Origin: an uncultured Ruminococcus sp.
GTDB lineage: Bacteria; Bacillota; Clostridia; Oscillospirales; Ruminococcaceae
Direction of reading: 5' to 3'
Assembly: GCA_964480645.1 (NCBI GenBank)
Contig: CAYZQU010000001.1
Coordinates: 1-50,185, forward strand
DNA length: 50,185 nt
The translations under genes were made by a program, and so were the position numbers. The notes under the pieces were generated by a model. The model ran no database searches and was not told the origin of the DNA. It worked only from the letters and a program-made list of their open reading frames with translations. How positions within the stretch are numbered: the first letter of the stretch is position 1; the number at the start of each line of letters is the position of its first letter. Shown one piece after another: positions 37,534 through 45,646 of the stretch.

Positions 37534-37947
37534 ATGGTTAACCCTTATTCTCAATATAAAAAGCAGTCGGTGACCACAATGACTCCCGTGGAGGTTGTCA
37601 TTAGGCTGTACAGCGAGATTGAACGACAGCTTGCTATTGGTATTGATTTCACCGAAAAGAAGAATTACGCCAAGTCCAACGAGGCGTTCATTAAGGCAGA
37701 GGACTGCATTGACGCTCTCCGCGAGGCACTGGATATGTCTATACCTATTTCCAAAAACCTTGAGGATCTGTATGTGTTTTTCTACAAGGTGATTGTCAAG
37801 GCAAATGTCAGCAAGGAGCTTGACGATGTGAAGAAAATCATTCCGATGGTCGGCGATTTGCGGGACGCGTTCACACAGGTGAGTCAGATGACGCGTGAGG
37901 AAATCGAGGCTCAGGAGAAGGCGAATCAGAAGAAGAGCCTGTTTTAA
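37534..37947 (+). CDS. fliS: Flagellin export chaperone
   Basis: NPYSQYKKQSVTTMTP, LDM..ISKNL..LY, LRDAF. Confidence 0.93.
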   Translation: MVNPYSQYKKQSVTTMTPVEVVIRLYSEIERQLAIGIDFTEKKNYAKSNEAFIKAEDCIDALREALDMSIPISKNLEDLYVFFYKVIVKANVSKELDDVKKIIPMVGDLRDAFTQVSQMTREEIEAQEKANQKKSLF

Positions 37948-37989
37948 GGCAGCAAGTATAGATCCAGAGTTTTGCTTGACCGAAGAAAG

Positions 37990-38081
37990 GAAATTCCAAA
38001 ATGCGAGTGACGCGTTGCACCGTAGGTGCTGCGCGTCACTCAGGCAAGTGCGGACGCAAGTCCGCACGGTTTTGGAATTTC
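37990..38081 (+). repeat. Complete three-way-junction element after fliS
   Basis: GAAATTCCAAAA/TTTTGGAATTTC stem, GTGCGGAC-GCAA-GTCCGCAC arm, AAATTTAGATAAGG tail. Confidence 0.85.
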
Positions 38082-38104
38082 AAATTTAGATAAGGGGGAG
38101 AGAG

Positions 38105-38590
38105 ATGGCTGAGATTTTTGGCTGTGAAAAAGTGTCGGAGATTATGATGCGGATTATCGAGACGCTTCAGGAATACGAAAGACAGACCGACAGTATGATT
38201 AATGCCGAGCTTGAGATAGTCCAGCAGGGGCTGATTGCCAGAAACGAGCTGATTGATACCCTCGATGATTTGAAGGACGACCTTGAATCTGTGGTGGATT
38301 GCGAGCCGCCCGAGGAACAGACACTGTTGAGGGCTTTAATAAACGGAAGCTATGTATCCGTTCCGTTGGACGAGGCACATAAAAAGCTACAACTGCTGCA
38401 AAAGACTATGGCGGTTGCCAAGCAGCGTATTCTCGATAAGGCTAAGGTGGTTTCGGGTCAGTTCAAGGACAGACACGTGGATTCCCGCCGCGAGCTTGAA
38501 CAGCTCAAGCAGACCAAGCAGAAAATCGGTTACTATAACAGCGCGGTTGTCGGAAAAGAAACAGGGCAGTCGCTGAATAGAAATTCATAA
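38105..38590 (+). CDS. Hypothetical helical protein, FlgN/FliT-like chaperone position
   Basis: 161 aa coiled coil after fliS; GGGGGAG SD. Confidence 0.6.
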   Translation: MAEIFGCEKVSEIMMRIIETLQEYERQTDSMINAELEIVQQGLIARNELIDTLDDLKDDLESVVDCEPPEEQTLLRALINGSYVSVPLDEAHKKLQLLQKTMAVAKQRILDKAKVVSGQFKDRHVDSRRELEQLKQTKQKIGYYNSAVVGKETGQSLNRNS

Positions 38591-38595
38591 GTATA

Positions 38596-38633
38596 AATCC
38601 GCCTAGCTGACAGATTTCGGCAAGGCGGATTTT
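38596..38633 (+). terminator. Probable terminator of flagellar operon
   Basis: AAATCCGCC/GGCGGATTT stem then short T run. Confidence 0.6.
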
Positions 38634-38654
38634 GCAGTATTGTGAGGTGATTCG

Positions 38655-39545
38655 GTGAAGTGCGAATTATGTCCGCGAAAATGCGGCGTAGACAGGGCGG
38701 TAAAAACAGGTTTCTGCGGTATGGGAGAGCGTATCTTCGCGGCAAAGGCTATGCTTCACTATTGGGAAGAACCGTGTATTTCCGGGGAGCGCGGCAGCGG
38801 CGCGGTGTTCTTTTCGGGGTGTGTGTTGAAATGCGCGTTCTGCCAGAATTATGAAATCAGCGCGCAAAACAAGGGAATGGAAATTTCCGTGGAACGATTG
38901 TCGGAGATTTTCATTGAATTGCAGGACAAGGGCGCGCGGAATATCAATCTTGTAAATCCCACCCATTTTGTTCCGTGGATAATCAAATCCGTTGAAACAG
39001 CGCGAAATAACGGATTGACGATTCCGATTGTGTACAACTCGGGCGGATACGAGCGCGTGGAAACATTGCGTATGCTTGATGGAATCGTGGATATTTATCT
39101 GCCTGATGTGAAATATTTCAGTGACGAATTGGCGGCGCGGCTCTCGAAAGCTCCGAATTACTTTGAATTTGCGTTGAGTGCTGTTGCGGAAATGGTACAT
39201 CAGACGGGAAAGCCGCAGTTCCGCGAGGACGGCAGTCTTGCCCGTGGAACAATTGTACGGCATTTGGTGCTTCCCGGGGAATATAAGGACAGCATAGAAG
39301 TCGTGAAGCGTCTGGGAGAACGGTTCGGCGGGGAGATTATGTTCAGCCTGATGAGTCAGTACACTCCGTTCGGACTTGTCAAATCGGATCAGTCGCTCAC
39401 AAAATACAATCGCCGAATCACGACTTTTGAGTATCGGAAAGTTCTGGACGTGGTTATCTCTGCGGGGCTGGAGGGATATATGCAGGAAAAGTCCTCCGCG
39501 AAAGAGGAATACACTCCGATATTCGATTATGAGGGTTTATCTTGA
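38655..39545 (+). CDS. Radical SAM protein (PflX-like)
   Basis: CELCPRKC N-terminus, WEEPCISG, CVLKCAFC CxxxCxxC, NINLVNPTH, VRHLVLPG. Confidence 0.88.
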   Translation: MKCELCPRKCGVDRAVKTGFCGMGERIFAAKAMLHYWEEPCISGERGSGAVFFSGCVLKCAFCQNYEISAQNKGMEISVERLSEIFIELQDKGARNINLVNPTHFVPWIIKSVETARNNGLTIPIVYNSGGYERVETLRMLDGIVDIYLPDVKYFSDELAARLSKAPNYFEFALSAVAEMVHQTGKPQFREDGSLARGTIVRHLVLPGEYKDSIEVVKRLGERFGGEIMFSLMSQYTPFGLVKSDQSLTKYNRRITTFEYRKVLDVVISAGLEGYMQEKSSAKEEYTPIFDYEGLS

Positions 39546-39698
39546 CTAACATATATTAAATATGATATAATATAATCAACATTACAACTTTAACAGGATA
39601 AATGCTTTAATTCGATAGTAGATAACATTGGAATTAAAAATATGATATAATATGTATGGGTATCAAGTACAGTGTACACCGTACTGGGGGTGTTTGCG

Positions 39699-40892
39699 AT
39701 GATTAAACTATTATCACGGATTTTCATAAAGGACGGCGAAGAAAATACCACGAATCCCGCTGTGCGCGCCGCTTACGGAAAAATGGCGGGATATGTGGGT
39801 ATCGCGTGCAATCTGTTGTTGTGCGCGGGTAAGTTCGTAGCGGGGGTTCTTTCGGGGAGCGTTTCCATTACAGCGGATGCTGTCAACAACCTCTCCGACG
39901 CCTCGTCAAGCATTATCAGCCTTATCGGGTTCAAGCTTTCCGAAAAGTCCGCAGATGAGGAACACCCTTATGGACACGGAAGATACGAATATCTGGCGGG
40001 ATTTATGGTGGCAGCACTTATTATCGTAATCGGCGCGGAGCTGTTCCGCGACAGCGTGGCGAAAATTATCAATCCCACTGAGGTTGAGTTTGGAGTGATT
40101 TCGGTCGCGGCACTGGGAATTTCGATTCTTGTGAAGCTGTGGATGATGCTGTTCTACACGAAAATCGGGCGCAAAATCGGCTCGAACACCCTGAAAGCGG
40201 CGTCCGCAGACAGCCGAAACGATGTAATTTCCACGGCGGCGGTGCTTGCGGCGTTTGTAATTTCGCATTTCAGTGGATTGCAGTTGGACGGAATTATGGG
40301 TGCTTTGGTGGCGGTATTCATTATTTTCAGCGGAATCGGTCTGATTCGCGAGGCGATGAATCCCCTGCTCGGAAAAGCTCCCGATGAGGAGACGGTGGAG
40401 AATATCCGTAAGAAGATTTTATCGTATGAGGGAGTTCTCGGCACACACGACCTGATGATTCACGATTATGGTCCGGGGCGGCAGTTTGCATCCGCGCACG
40501 TGGAAGTCCCTTCGGATATGACGCTTATGGAGTGCCACGAGATTATAGACCGTATCGAGCGGGATTTCCTTTCGGAGGGACTGAATATGCTGGTTCACCC
40601 CGATCCAATCATAGAAGACGAATCCGAAACAGGGCAGATAAACGCCGAGCTTGCACGTATTGTCCGTGGGATTGACGAACGGATTTCCGTACACGATGTA
40701 AGGGTAGTTCCCTGTTCAAATGAAACAAAGGTGATTTTCGACTGTGTTGTTCCGGGTGACTGTGGAATTGATAAGGGCGCACTTACAGAGGAGATTACGC
40801 GATTTATGAGGGTCAAGTTTCCTGAATGCCGCCCTGTAATTACTTATGATTACGGTTACGCGGCTATCCCAAAAACCGAACGGGAGGAGTAA
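39699..40892 (+). CDS. Cation diffusion facilitator family transporter
   Basis: DAVNNLSD, ADEEHPYGHGRYEY, DSRND, HDL..HDYGPG. Confidence 0.92.
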   Translation: MIKLLSRIFIKDGEENTTNPAVRAAYGKMAGYVGIACNLLLCAGKFVAGVLSGSVSITADAVNNLSDASSSIISLIGFKLSEKSADEEHPYGHGRYEYLAGFMVAALIIVIGAELFRDSVAKIINPTEVEFGVISVAALGISILVKLWMMLFYTKIGRKIGSNTLKAASADSRNDVISTAAVLAAFVISHFSGLQLDGIMGALVAVFIIFSGIGLIREAMNPLLGKAPDEETVENIRKKILSYEGVLGTHDLMIHDYGPGRQFASAHVEVPSDMTLMECHEIIDRIERDFLSEGLNMLVHPDPIIEDESETGQINAELARIVRGIDERISVHDVRVVPCSNETKVIFDCVVPGDCGIDKGALTEEITRFMRVKFPECRPVITYDYGYAAIPKTEREE

Positions 40893-40894
40893 CG

Positions 40895-41632
40895 ATGCGC
40901 GTTGAGAAATACTATTTTCACGCCGATGTTTACAAATACACAGACAGACTGCGGCATATACTTATTATCGTTTTGATTCCTATTGTCGGGCTTTGTGTGT
41001 TCTGTACGGTGAATATCGTTCTGCGGTTGAATTCCCCGCTTGCGATATTGCTGTTCGCGGTAGTGGCGGCAAGCGTGCTGTTCGGGATTCTGTTTACTTT
41101 CGCGGCAGTGTATTTTACTGATAAGCGCATTCGCAGACACTCGCGATACACGTTTTTGGATATTGTTCCCCGCGCCGTGATTTACAGCGAATACGCCGGG
41201 GAGTTTGTGAGATACGGCGAGAGGATAATTCTGCGCCGGCTGTATGTAATTCCTTTCGCGGATTTGGAAAGCGTTTCGCGTAATCCGAAACAAGCCCCTC
41301 ATGATATCACATTTAAGGGCAAAATCCGCGAATACTTTCTCGAAACCGACCGACTTGGCTATCATATTGACCCGGACGGAAATATCAAGCCTGATACCGC
41401 GATTCTGGAATACGGCTATTTTTCCGAGCTTACGGAGATTACCGTGAATAACCGTCTCGGAAATACCAAGCGAATCGAGCGCGCGGTGCTGTTCTATTGG
41501 GAGGAATTTAAGAACACTCCCGAGAAGAAGCCGTTTGATATTTCACAGTTTGTCCATGCGCGGCAAAAGCCCAAGCCCAAGACCTCCAACCCTGCACTGG
41601 AAGCCCCAAGCTTTAGCCGAAACTGGAAGTAG
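40895..41632 (+). CDS. Hypothetical membrane protein (2 TM)
   Basis: 245 aa ORF, GGAGGAG SD, two N-terminal hydrophobic helices. Confidence 0.7.
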   Translation: MRVEKYYFHADVYKYTDRLRHILIIVLIPIVGLCVFCTVNIVLRLNSPLAILLFAVVAASVLFGILFTFAAVYFTDKRIRRHSRYTFLDIVPRAVIYSEYAGEFVRYGERIILRRLYVIPFADLESVSRNPKQAPHDITFKGKIREYFLETDRLGYHIDPDGNIKPDTAILEYGYFSELTEITVNNRLGNTKRIERAVLFYWEEFKNTPEKKPFDISQFVHARQKPKPKTSNPALEAPSFSRNWK

Positions 41633-41640
41633 GAAAGCCA

Positions 41641-42027
41641 ATGAACGACATACATTTTGTGGGAAGAATCAATGTTGAAATATTCAAGGTCGTTACCGAG
41701 GATATTCAAACAGATGAGGTAATCATTACCGATGTTCAGATTGAACACATCAAGCAACGCCACCCGAGTGATTATATGAGGTATTTCCAATATATTCGTG
41801 AAATTGTTGAAAGTCCTGATTACATATTAGAGGCAAATAAGCCCAATTCTGCAGTTCTGTTAAAGAGTATTTCTGAAAGTGGGAAAAGGTATAAGTTGGT
41901 TTTGAGATTCAAAATTTCAACTGATCCCGACGAATATAAAAATTCCGTAATCACTTTTTTGAGCATTGACGATAAGGATTGGAATAGATTATTAAAAAAT
42001 AAAAAAGTACTTTACAAATACGAATAA
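41641..42027 (+). CDS. Putative PBECR2-like (BECR-fold) endoribonuclease toxin
   Basis: 128 aa, AT-rich; VIITD.QIEHIKQRHP, I.EIVESPDYI, KNSVITF motifs recalled from phage barnase/EndoU/colicin/RelE-like nuclease 2 proteins. Confidence 0.7.
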   Translation: MNDIHFVGRINVEIFKVVTEDIQTDEVIITDVQIEHIKQRHPSDYMRYFQYIREIVESPDYILEANKPNSAVLLKSISESGKRYKLVLRFKISTDPDEYKNSVITFLSIDDKDWNRLLKNKKVLYKYE

Positions 42028-42039
42028 ATGTGCTATAAT
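42011..42039 (+). promoter_or_regulatory. sigma-A promoter embedded in the 3' end of the nuclease gene
   Basis: TTTACA-N17-TATAAT with extended TG; -35 lies in the codons for LYK. Confidence 0.8.
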
Positions 42040-42045
42040 AAGAGT

Positions 42046-42201
42046 AGGCTAATAAGAGCTGTTTGAGGTGGAAGATTTCGTACAGTCCACACGCCGCCGG
42101 TACTGACAAGGACAGATTTCTGTTCTGAGAGATGCAGGAGAGTTGTACGCCTGCCGAACAGCTTAAGCTAACCTCTCCCGAGCAATCGGGAGAGGTTTTT
42201 T
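42046..42201 (+). ncRNA. Candidate structured small RNA (kissing-loop), putative RNA antitoxin
   Basis: Bounded by promoter and terminator, no ORF; 10 bp closing stem, hairpins with complementary loops CGTACA/TGTACG. Confidence 0.7.
42170..42201 (+). terminator. Intrinsic terminator of the small RNA
   Basis: AACCTCTCCCGA-GCAA-TCGGGAGAGGTT then T run. Confidence 0.88.
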
Positions 42202-42209
42202 GTTCCCCC

Positions 42210-42238
42210 TTGACTTTTGGCAACAAATGTGGTATAAT
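42210..42238 (+). promoter_or_regulatory. sigma-A promoter of ychF
   Basis: TTGACT-N17-TATAAT with extended TG. Confidence 0.8.
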
Positions 42239-42295
42239 AAAGATAACGTTACAGTGATTGGTGTAAATATAAAGGCCGCGCTTAACCGAAGAGAG

Positions 42296-42385
42296 GAAAT
42301 CCTGAAAATCGAGCTATACCGAACACCATAGGTGTGAGGTATAGCTCAGATAGTGCGGACGCAGTCCGCACGGTTTCAGGATTTC
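42296..42385 (+). repeat. Complete three-way-junction element in ychF leader
   Basis: GAAATCCTGAAA/TTTCAGGATTTC stem, GTGCGGAC-GCA-GTCCGCAC arm, AAATTAAAATAAGG tail. Confidence 0.85.
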
Positions 42386-42409
42386 AAATTAAAATAAGGG
42401 GATAAAGAT

Positions 42410-43504
42410 ATGAAATTGGGAATGGTGGGTCTGCCGAACGTCGGCAAGAGTACCCTGTTTAACGCGCTTACCAACGCGGGCGCGGAGTCCGCGAATTATC
42501 CGTTCTGTACTATCGAGCCGAATGTCGGAATCGTATCCGTGCCAGATGAGCGGCTGGACGCTCTCGCGAAAATGTACAATCCCGAAAAGTTCAACCCCGC
42601 GACACTGGAATTCGTGGACATAGCGGGACTGGTAAAGGGCGCTTCCAAGGGCGAGGGTCTGGGAAATAAGTTCTTGTCGAATATCCGCGAGGTGGACGCG
42701 ATCGTACACGTTGTCCGCTGCTTTAACGATGATAATATAATCCACGTGGATGGCTCTGTAAACGCGGCGCGTGATATCGAGACCATTAACCTGGAGCTGA
42801 TTTTCTCCGATATGGAGATTCTTGAGCGTCGTATCGACCGCGCTAAAAAGGCTCTTAAGGGCGATAAAAGCGCGCAGGTTGAGGTGGACTTTTTCGAGAG
42901 CCTGAAATCTCACCTTGAGGAGGGAAAGTCCGCGCGGAGTTACAATTACACCGAGGATGAGTTGGCAATGCTTAAGGACACTCCCCTGCTTTCTAACAAG
43001 CCCGTAATTTACGCGGCTAACCTGTCTGAGGCGGATTTCACAGGAGATATCAATTCCAATTCCGAGTATAAGGCGGTATGCGAAATTGCCAAGGAGGAGA
43101 ACGCCGAGGTTCTTCCTATCTGCGCGCAGATTGAGGCTGAAATCGCAGATATGTCGGACGAGGATAAGGCGATGTTCCTTGAGGAAATGCACCTTGAAAG
43201 CTCGGGGCTTGCGCGTATTATCAAGACGGGCTACCGTATGCTCGGGCTGATTTCGTTCCTCACGGCAGGGCCTGATGATGTTCACGCGTGGACAATCAAG
43301 AACGGCACTAAAGCTCCTCAGGCGGCGGGCAAGATACACACCGATTTTGAACGCGGATTTATCCGCGCGGAAATTGTTTCGTTTGACGACCTGATGAAAT
43401 GCGGTTCAATGGCGGCGGCTCGCGAAAAGGGTCTTGTGCGTCTTGAGGGTAAGGATTATGTAATGCGGGACGGCGATATTACAACGTTTAAGTTTAACGT
43501 TTAG
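42410..43504 (+). CDS. ychF: Redox-regulated ATPase, Obg family
   Basis: GLPNVGKST, NYPFCTIEPN, DIAGLVKGASKGEGLGN, TGS domain. Confidence 0.97.
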   Translation: MKLGMVGLPNVGKSTLFNALTNAGAESANYPFCTIEPNVGIVSVPDERLDALAKMYNPEKFNPATLEFVDIAGLVKGASKGEGLGNKFLSNIREVDAIVHVVRCFNDDNIIHVDGSVNAARDIETINLELIFSDMEILERRIDRAKKALKGDKSAQVEVDFFESLKSHLEEGKSARSYNYTEDELAMLKDTPLLSNKPVIYAANLSEADFTGDINSNSEYKAVCEIAKEENAEVLPICAQIEAEIADMSDEDKAMFLEEMHLESSGLARIIKTGYRMLGLISFLTAGPDDVHAWTIKNGTKAPQAAGKIHTDFERGFIRAEIVSFDDLMKCGSMAAAREKGLVRLEGKDYVMRDGDITTFKFNV

Positions 43505-43512
43505 GAGATGAA

Positions 43513-44250
43513 ATGAACAAGGTTATTCGTTGCAAAAACACAAACAACCGCAAAATCGTCGCGCTTTTGGTGGTTCAGGTATTTCTGGGGGTTTTTCCGA
43601 TACTTATGCTGCTTGCGTTTGTGTTTTTGCGGCTTTATGAGCAACAGATTTTGGCGATTGTGTTTGTTGGGTTGATTTTTTTGTCCAACGCAGCGTATGT
43701 TATTGTCGGGCGGCGATACAATATCCTCAACAGCGGGCGGCGCGGTGAGAAGCAGTTATTTCGCGCGGTTAAGCGTCTGTCTGGGAATAATATCGTATTC
43801 TGTAATCTTCCCGTGCGGTATAAGCGCGGACGCTCCGAGTTGGATATGCTGATTATCAGTCACAAGGGCGTTATTATCGTGGAGGTCAAGAACCACTCGG
43901 GTACAATTCAGGGAAACTGGAAGGCGGATAAGTGGGAACAGCGTAAATACTACCGTGACAAGAACACCTCCCAACAGATGGACAACCCCATTAAACAAAT
44001 GCGCCGTCAGCGGGATATTGTCAAGAGTATTCTTAATGCCGCAGGAGAAGACGTGTGGATAGATACGGTGCTGTATTTTTCAAGCGATAACGTCAAGTTA
44101 AAGCTGAATCTTCGCGAAACAGACTACGTCTGCCTTGGAAGTCGGGAGCTTATGCACTTTCTTGAAAGTTACGACCGCGGCGAGGTAATCTCCCGTTCGC
44201 GTATGGAGAATATCGCCAGAATAATGAATGAAGCGCGGGAGAACATATAA
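43513..44250 (+). CDS. Membrane-anchored NERD (nuclease-related) domain protein
   Basis: Two TM helices then GRRGE, ELDMLII..KGVIIVEVKNHSG, NPIKQ. Confidence 0.85.
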   Translation: MNKVIRCKNTNNRKIVALLVVQVFLGVFPILMLLAFVFLRLYEQQILAIVFVGLIFLSNAAYVIVGRRYNILNSGRRGEKQLFRAVKRLSGNNIVFCNLPVRYKRGRSELDMLIISHKGVIIVEVKNHSGTIQGNWKADKWEQRKYYRDKNTSQQMDNPIKQMRRQRDIVKSILNAAGEDVWIDTVLYFSSDNVKLKLNLRETDYVCLGSRELMHFLESYDRGEVISRSRMENIARIMNEARENI

Positions 44251-44301
44251 ATTATAGTGAATGTATAAAATGGTGGTATAATAAAGGCAAGGGACGATTA
44301 G

Positions 44302-44592
44302 ATGAATGACAAGTTTCGAATAGAAATTGATTTACAGTTTTTCTCAGAAAAAGATATTGAAAATCAAGAATCGGGTTCTCTGAAAAGAGCAATACGAAAA
44401 TACCGCTTGCGAATCGATGAACATCGCGACAAGATTCAGAATCCTCAAAAATATGTAAGCAATTGGGATTCGCTTGATGAAAAGCGGCAAACAGGGCTTA
44501 TAAAACACTGGAATAAGGAAATCAGAAATTTTGAGCAGTCAATCTCCGACAGGATTGAAGAGCTAAAAAAGAGAGGTGATTATGATGAATAA
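44302..44592 (+). CDS. Small phage-like protein with LQFF motif, putative orphan toxin domain
   Basis: IEIDLQFFS N-terminal motif; HRDKI.NP and HWNKEI conserved-looking residues; AT-rich. Confidence 0.6.
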   Translation: MNDKFRIEIDLQFFSEKDIENQESGSLKRAIRKYRLRIDEHRDKIQNPQKYVSNWDSLDEKRQTGLIKHWNKEIRNFEQSISDRIEELKKRGDYDE

Positions 44593-44794
44593 AAGCACTT
44601 TTGACTTTATACTCGAAAGGGTTGTGGACAATGCTTTAGATGCAGCACAAGAAAACGATGAGGATAAATCATTCCAATCCGGGAAAAAGTTGGCGTATTA
44701 TGAAACGTTGGACACCATCAAGAATGAACTCATAGCTCACGATATTGATATATCGGAATACGGATTAAATACGGTTTTGGAGAAACTCCTGTAA
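44585..44794 (+). CDS. Small acidic protein, putative immunity partner
   Basis: Overlaps the upstream stop, GAGGTG SD, ~69 aa acidic. Confidence 0.55.
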   Translation: MNKSTFDFILERVVDNALDAAQENDEDKSFQSGKKLAYYETLDTIKNELIAHDIDISEYGLNTVLEKLL

Positions 44795-44797
44795 TTA

Positions 44798-45646
44798 TTA
44801 AATTAAGGCATTGGCGAGCCTGATATAGTCGTCAAGCGTTAGTTCTTCGGGGCGCGCCGTGGGCTTGATTCCCAGTTCGGAGAGTGTTTTGGAAAGCTCC
44901 GCTTTGGAGAGTCCAAGTTCAGAAGATAGGGGATTTATAAGCTGTTTTCTCCGTTGTGAGAATCCTGATTTGATAATACGGAACATCAAACGCTCCTTGT
45001 CTATGGGGAGCGTTTTTGTGTTTTGTATATCCAGCCGAATCACCGCACTGTCCACATTGGGAGAGGGCATAAAGCTACCACGGTTCACACGGAACATCAA
45101 CCGAGGGACGCTGTAATAATTCACCGCGTAGGTAATCGCACCGCAGTCGCGCGTTCCGGGAGCGGCGCATAGCCTGTCTGCGGCTTCCTTTTGAACCATC
45201 ACTGTCATTGCTTTCACGGGAAGTCTGCTTTCCAGTACGCGCATTATCACGGGAGAGGTTATATAATACGGCAGATTCGCGCAGATAACCGTATCTTTTC
45301 CCTTGAACTTCTCAACAATGAGTTCGGATAGGTCAATTTCCATCACGTCCGCAAAAACGACCTCAACATTATTGAATTCCGCGAGGGTTTCCTCCAGAAT
45401 CGGTTTCAAAGAGGTGTCGATTTCCACTGCGACTACCTTGTCATAACGCTTCGCAAGCTCGGCGGTCAGCACTCCGACACCTGTGCCGATTTCTAACGCG
45501 CACGCTTCCTCACCGATTCCGCCGAGTTCTGCGATTTTCGGGCAGACGGTGGGGTTTATGAGGAAGTTTTGTCCCAGCGATTTGGTGAAAGAAAACCCGT
45601 GCCGCTCGAACAAATCACGAATCATGCCGATGTTTGTAAGTTCCAT
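44798..45646 (-). CDS. rsmA: 16S rRNA adenine dimethyltransferase
   Basis: KSLGQNFL, LEIGTGVG, ANLPYYIT, MVQKE, PSPNVDS. Confidence 0.96.
   Translation of the reverse strand: MELTNIGMIRDLFERHGFSFTKSLGQNFLINPTVCPKIAELGGIGEEACALEIGTGVGVLTAELAKRYDKVVAVEIDTSLKPILEETLAEFNNVEVVFADVMEIDLSELIVEKFKGKDTVICANLPYYITSPVIMRVLESRLPVKAMTVMVQKEAADRLCAAPGTRDCGAITYAVNYYSVPRLMFRVNRGSFMPSPNVDSAVIRLDIQNTKTLPIDKERLMFRIIKSGFSQRRKQLINPLSSELGLSKAELSKTLSELGIKPTARPEELTLDDYIRLANALI

Noticed and set aside
42046-42165. tRNA, or riboswitch controlling ychF
   Set aside because: No cloverleaf or T-loop; ychF has its own promoter downstream of the terminator, so the RNA looks like a standalone transcript.
42389-43339. Long antisense ORFs (316 aa opposite ychF; 298 aa opposite fliD; 244 aa opposite flgK; 248 aa opposite a pilin)
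   Set aside because: Shadow frames of codon-biased genes, with no recognisable motifs or SD.
44576-44794. Small ORF as a transposase fragment or IS remnant
   Set aside because: No DDE, HUH or HTH motif and no terminal inverted repeats; coupling to the upstream ORF fits a partner protein better.
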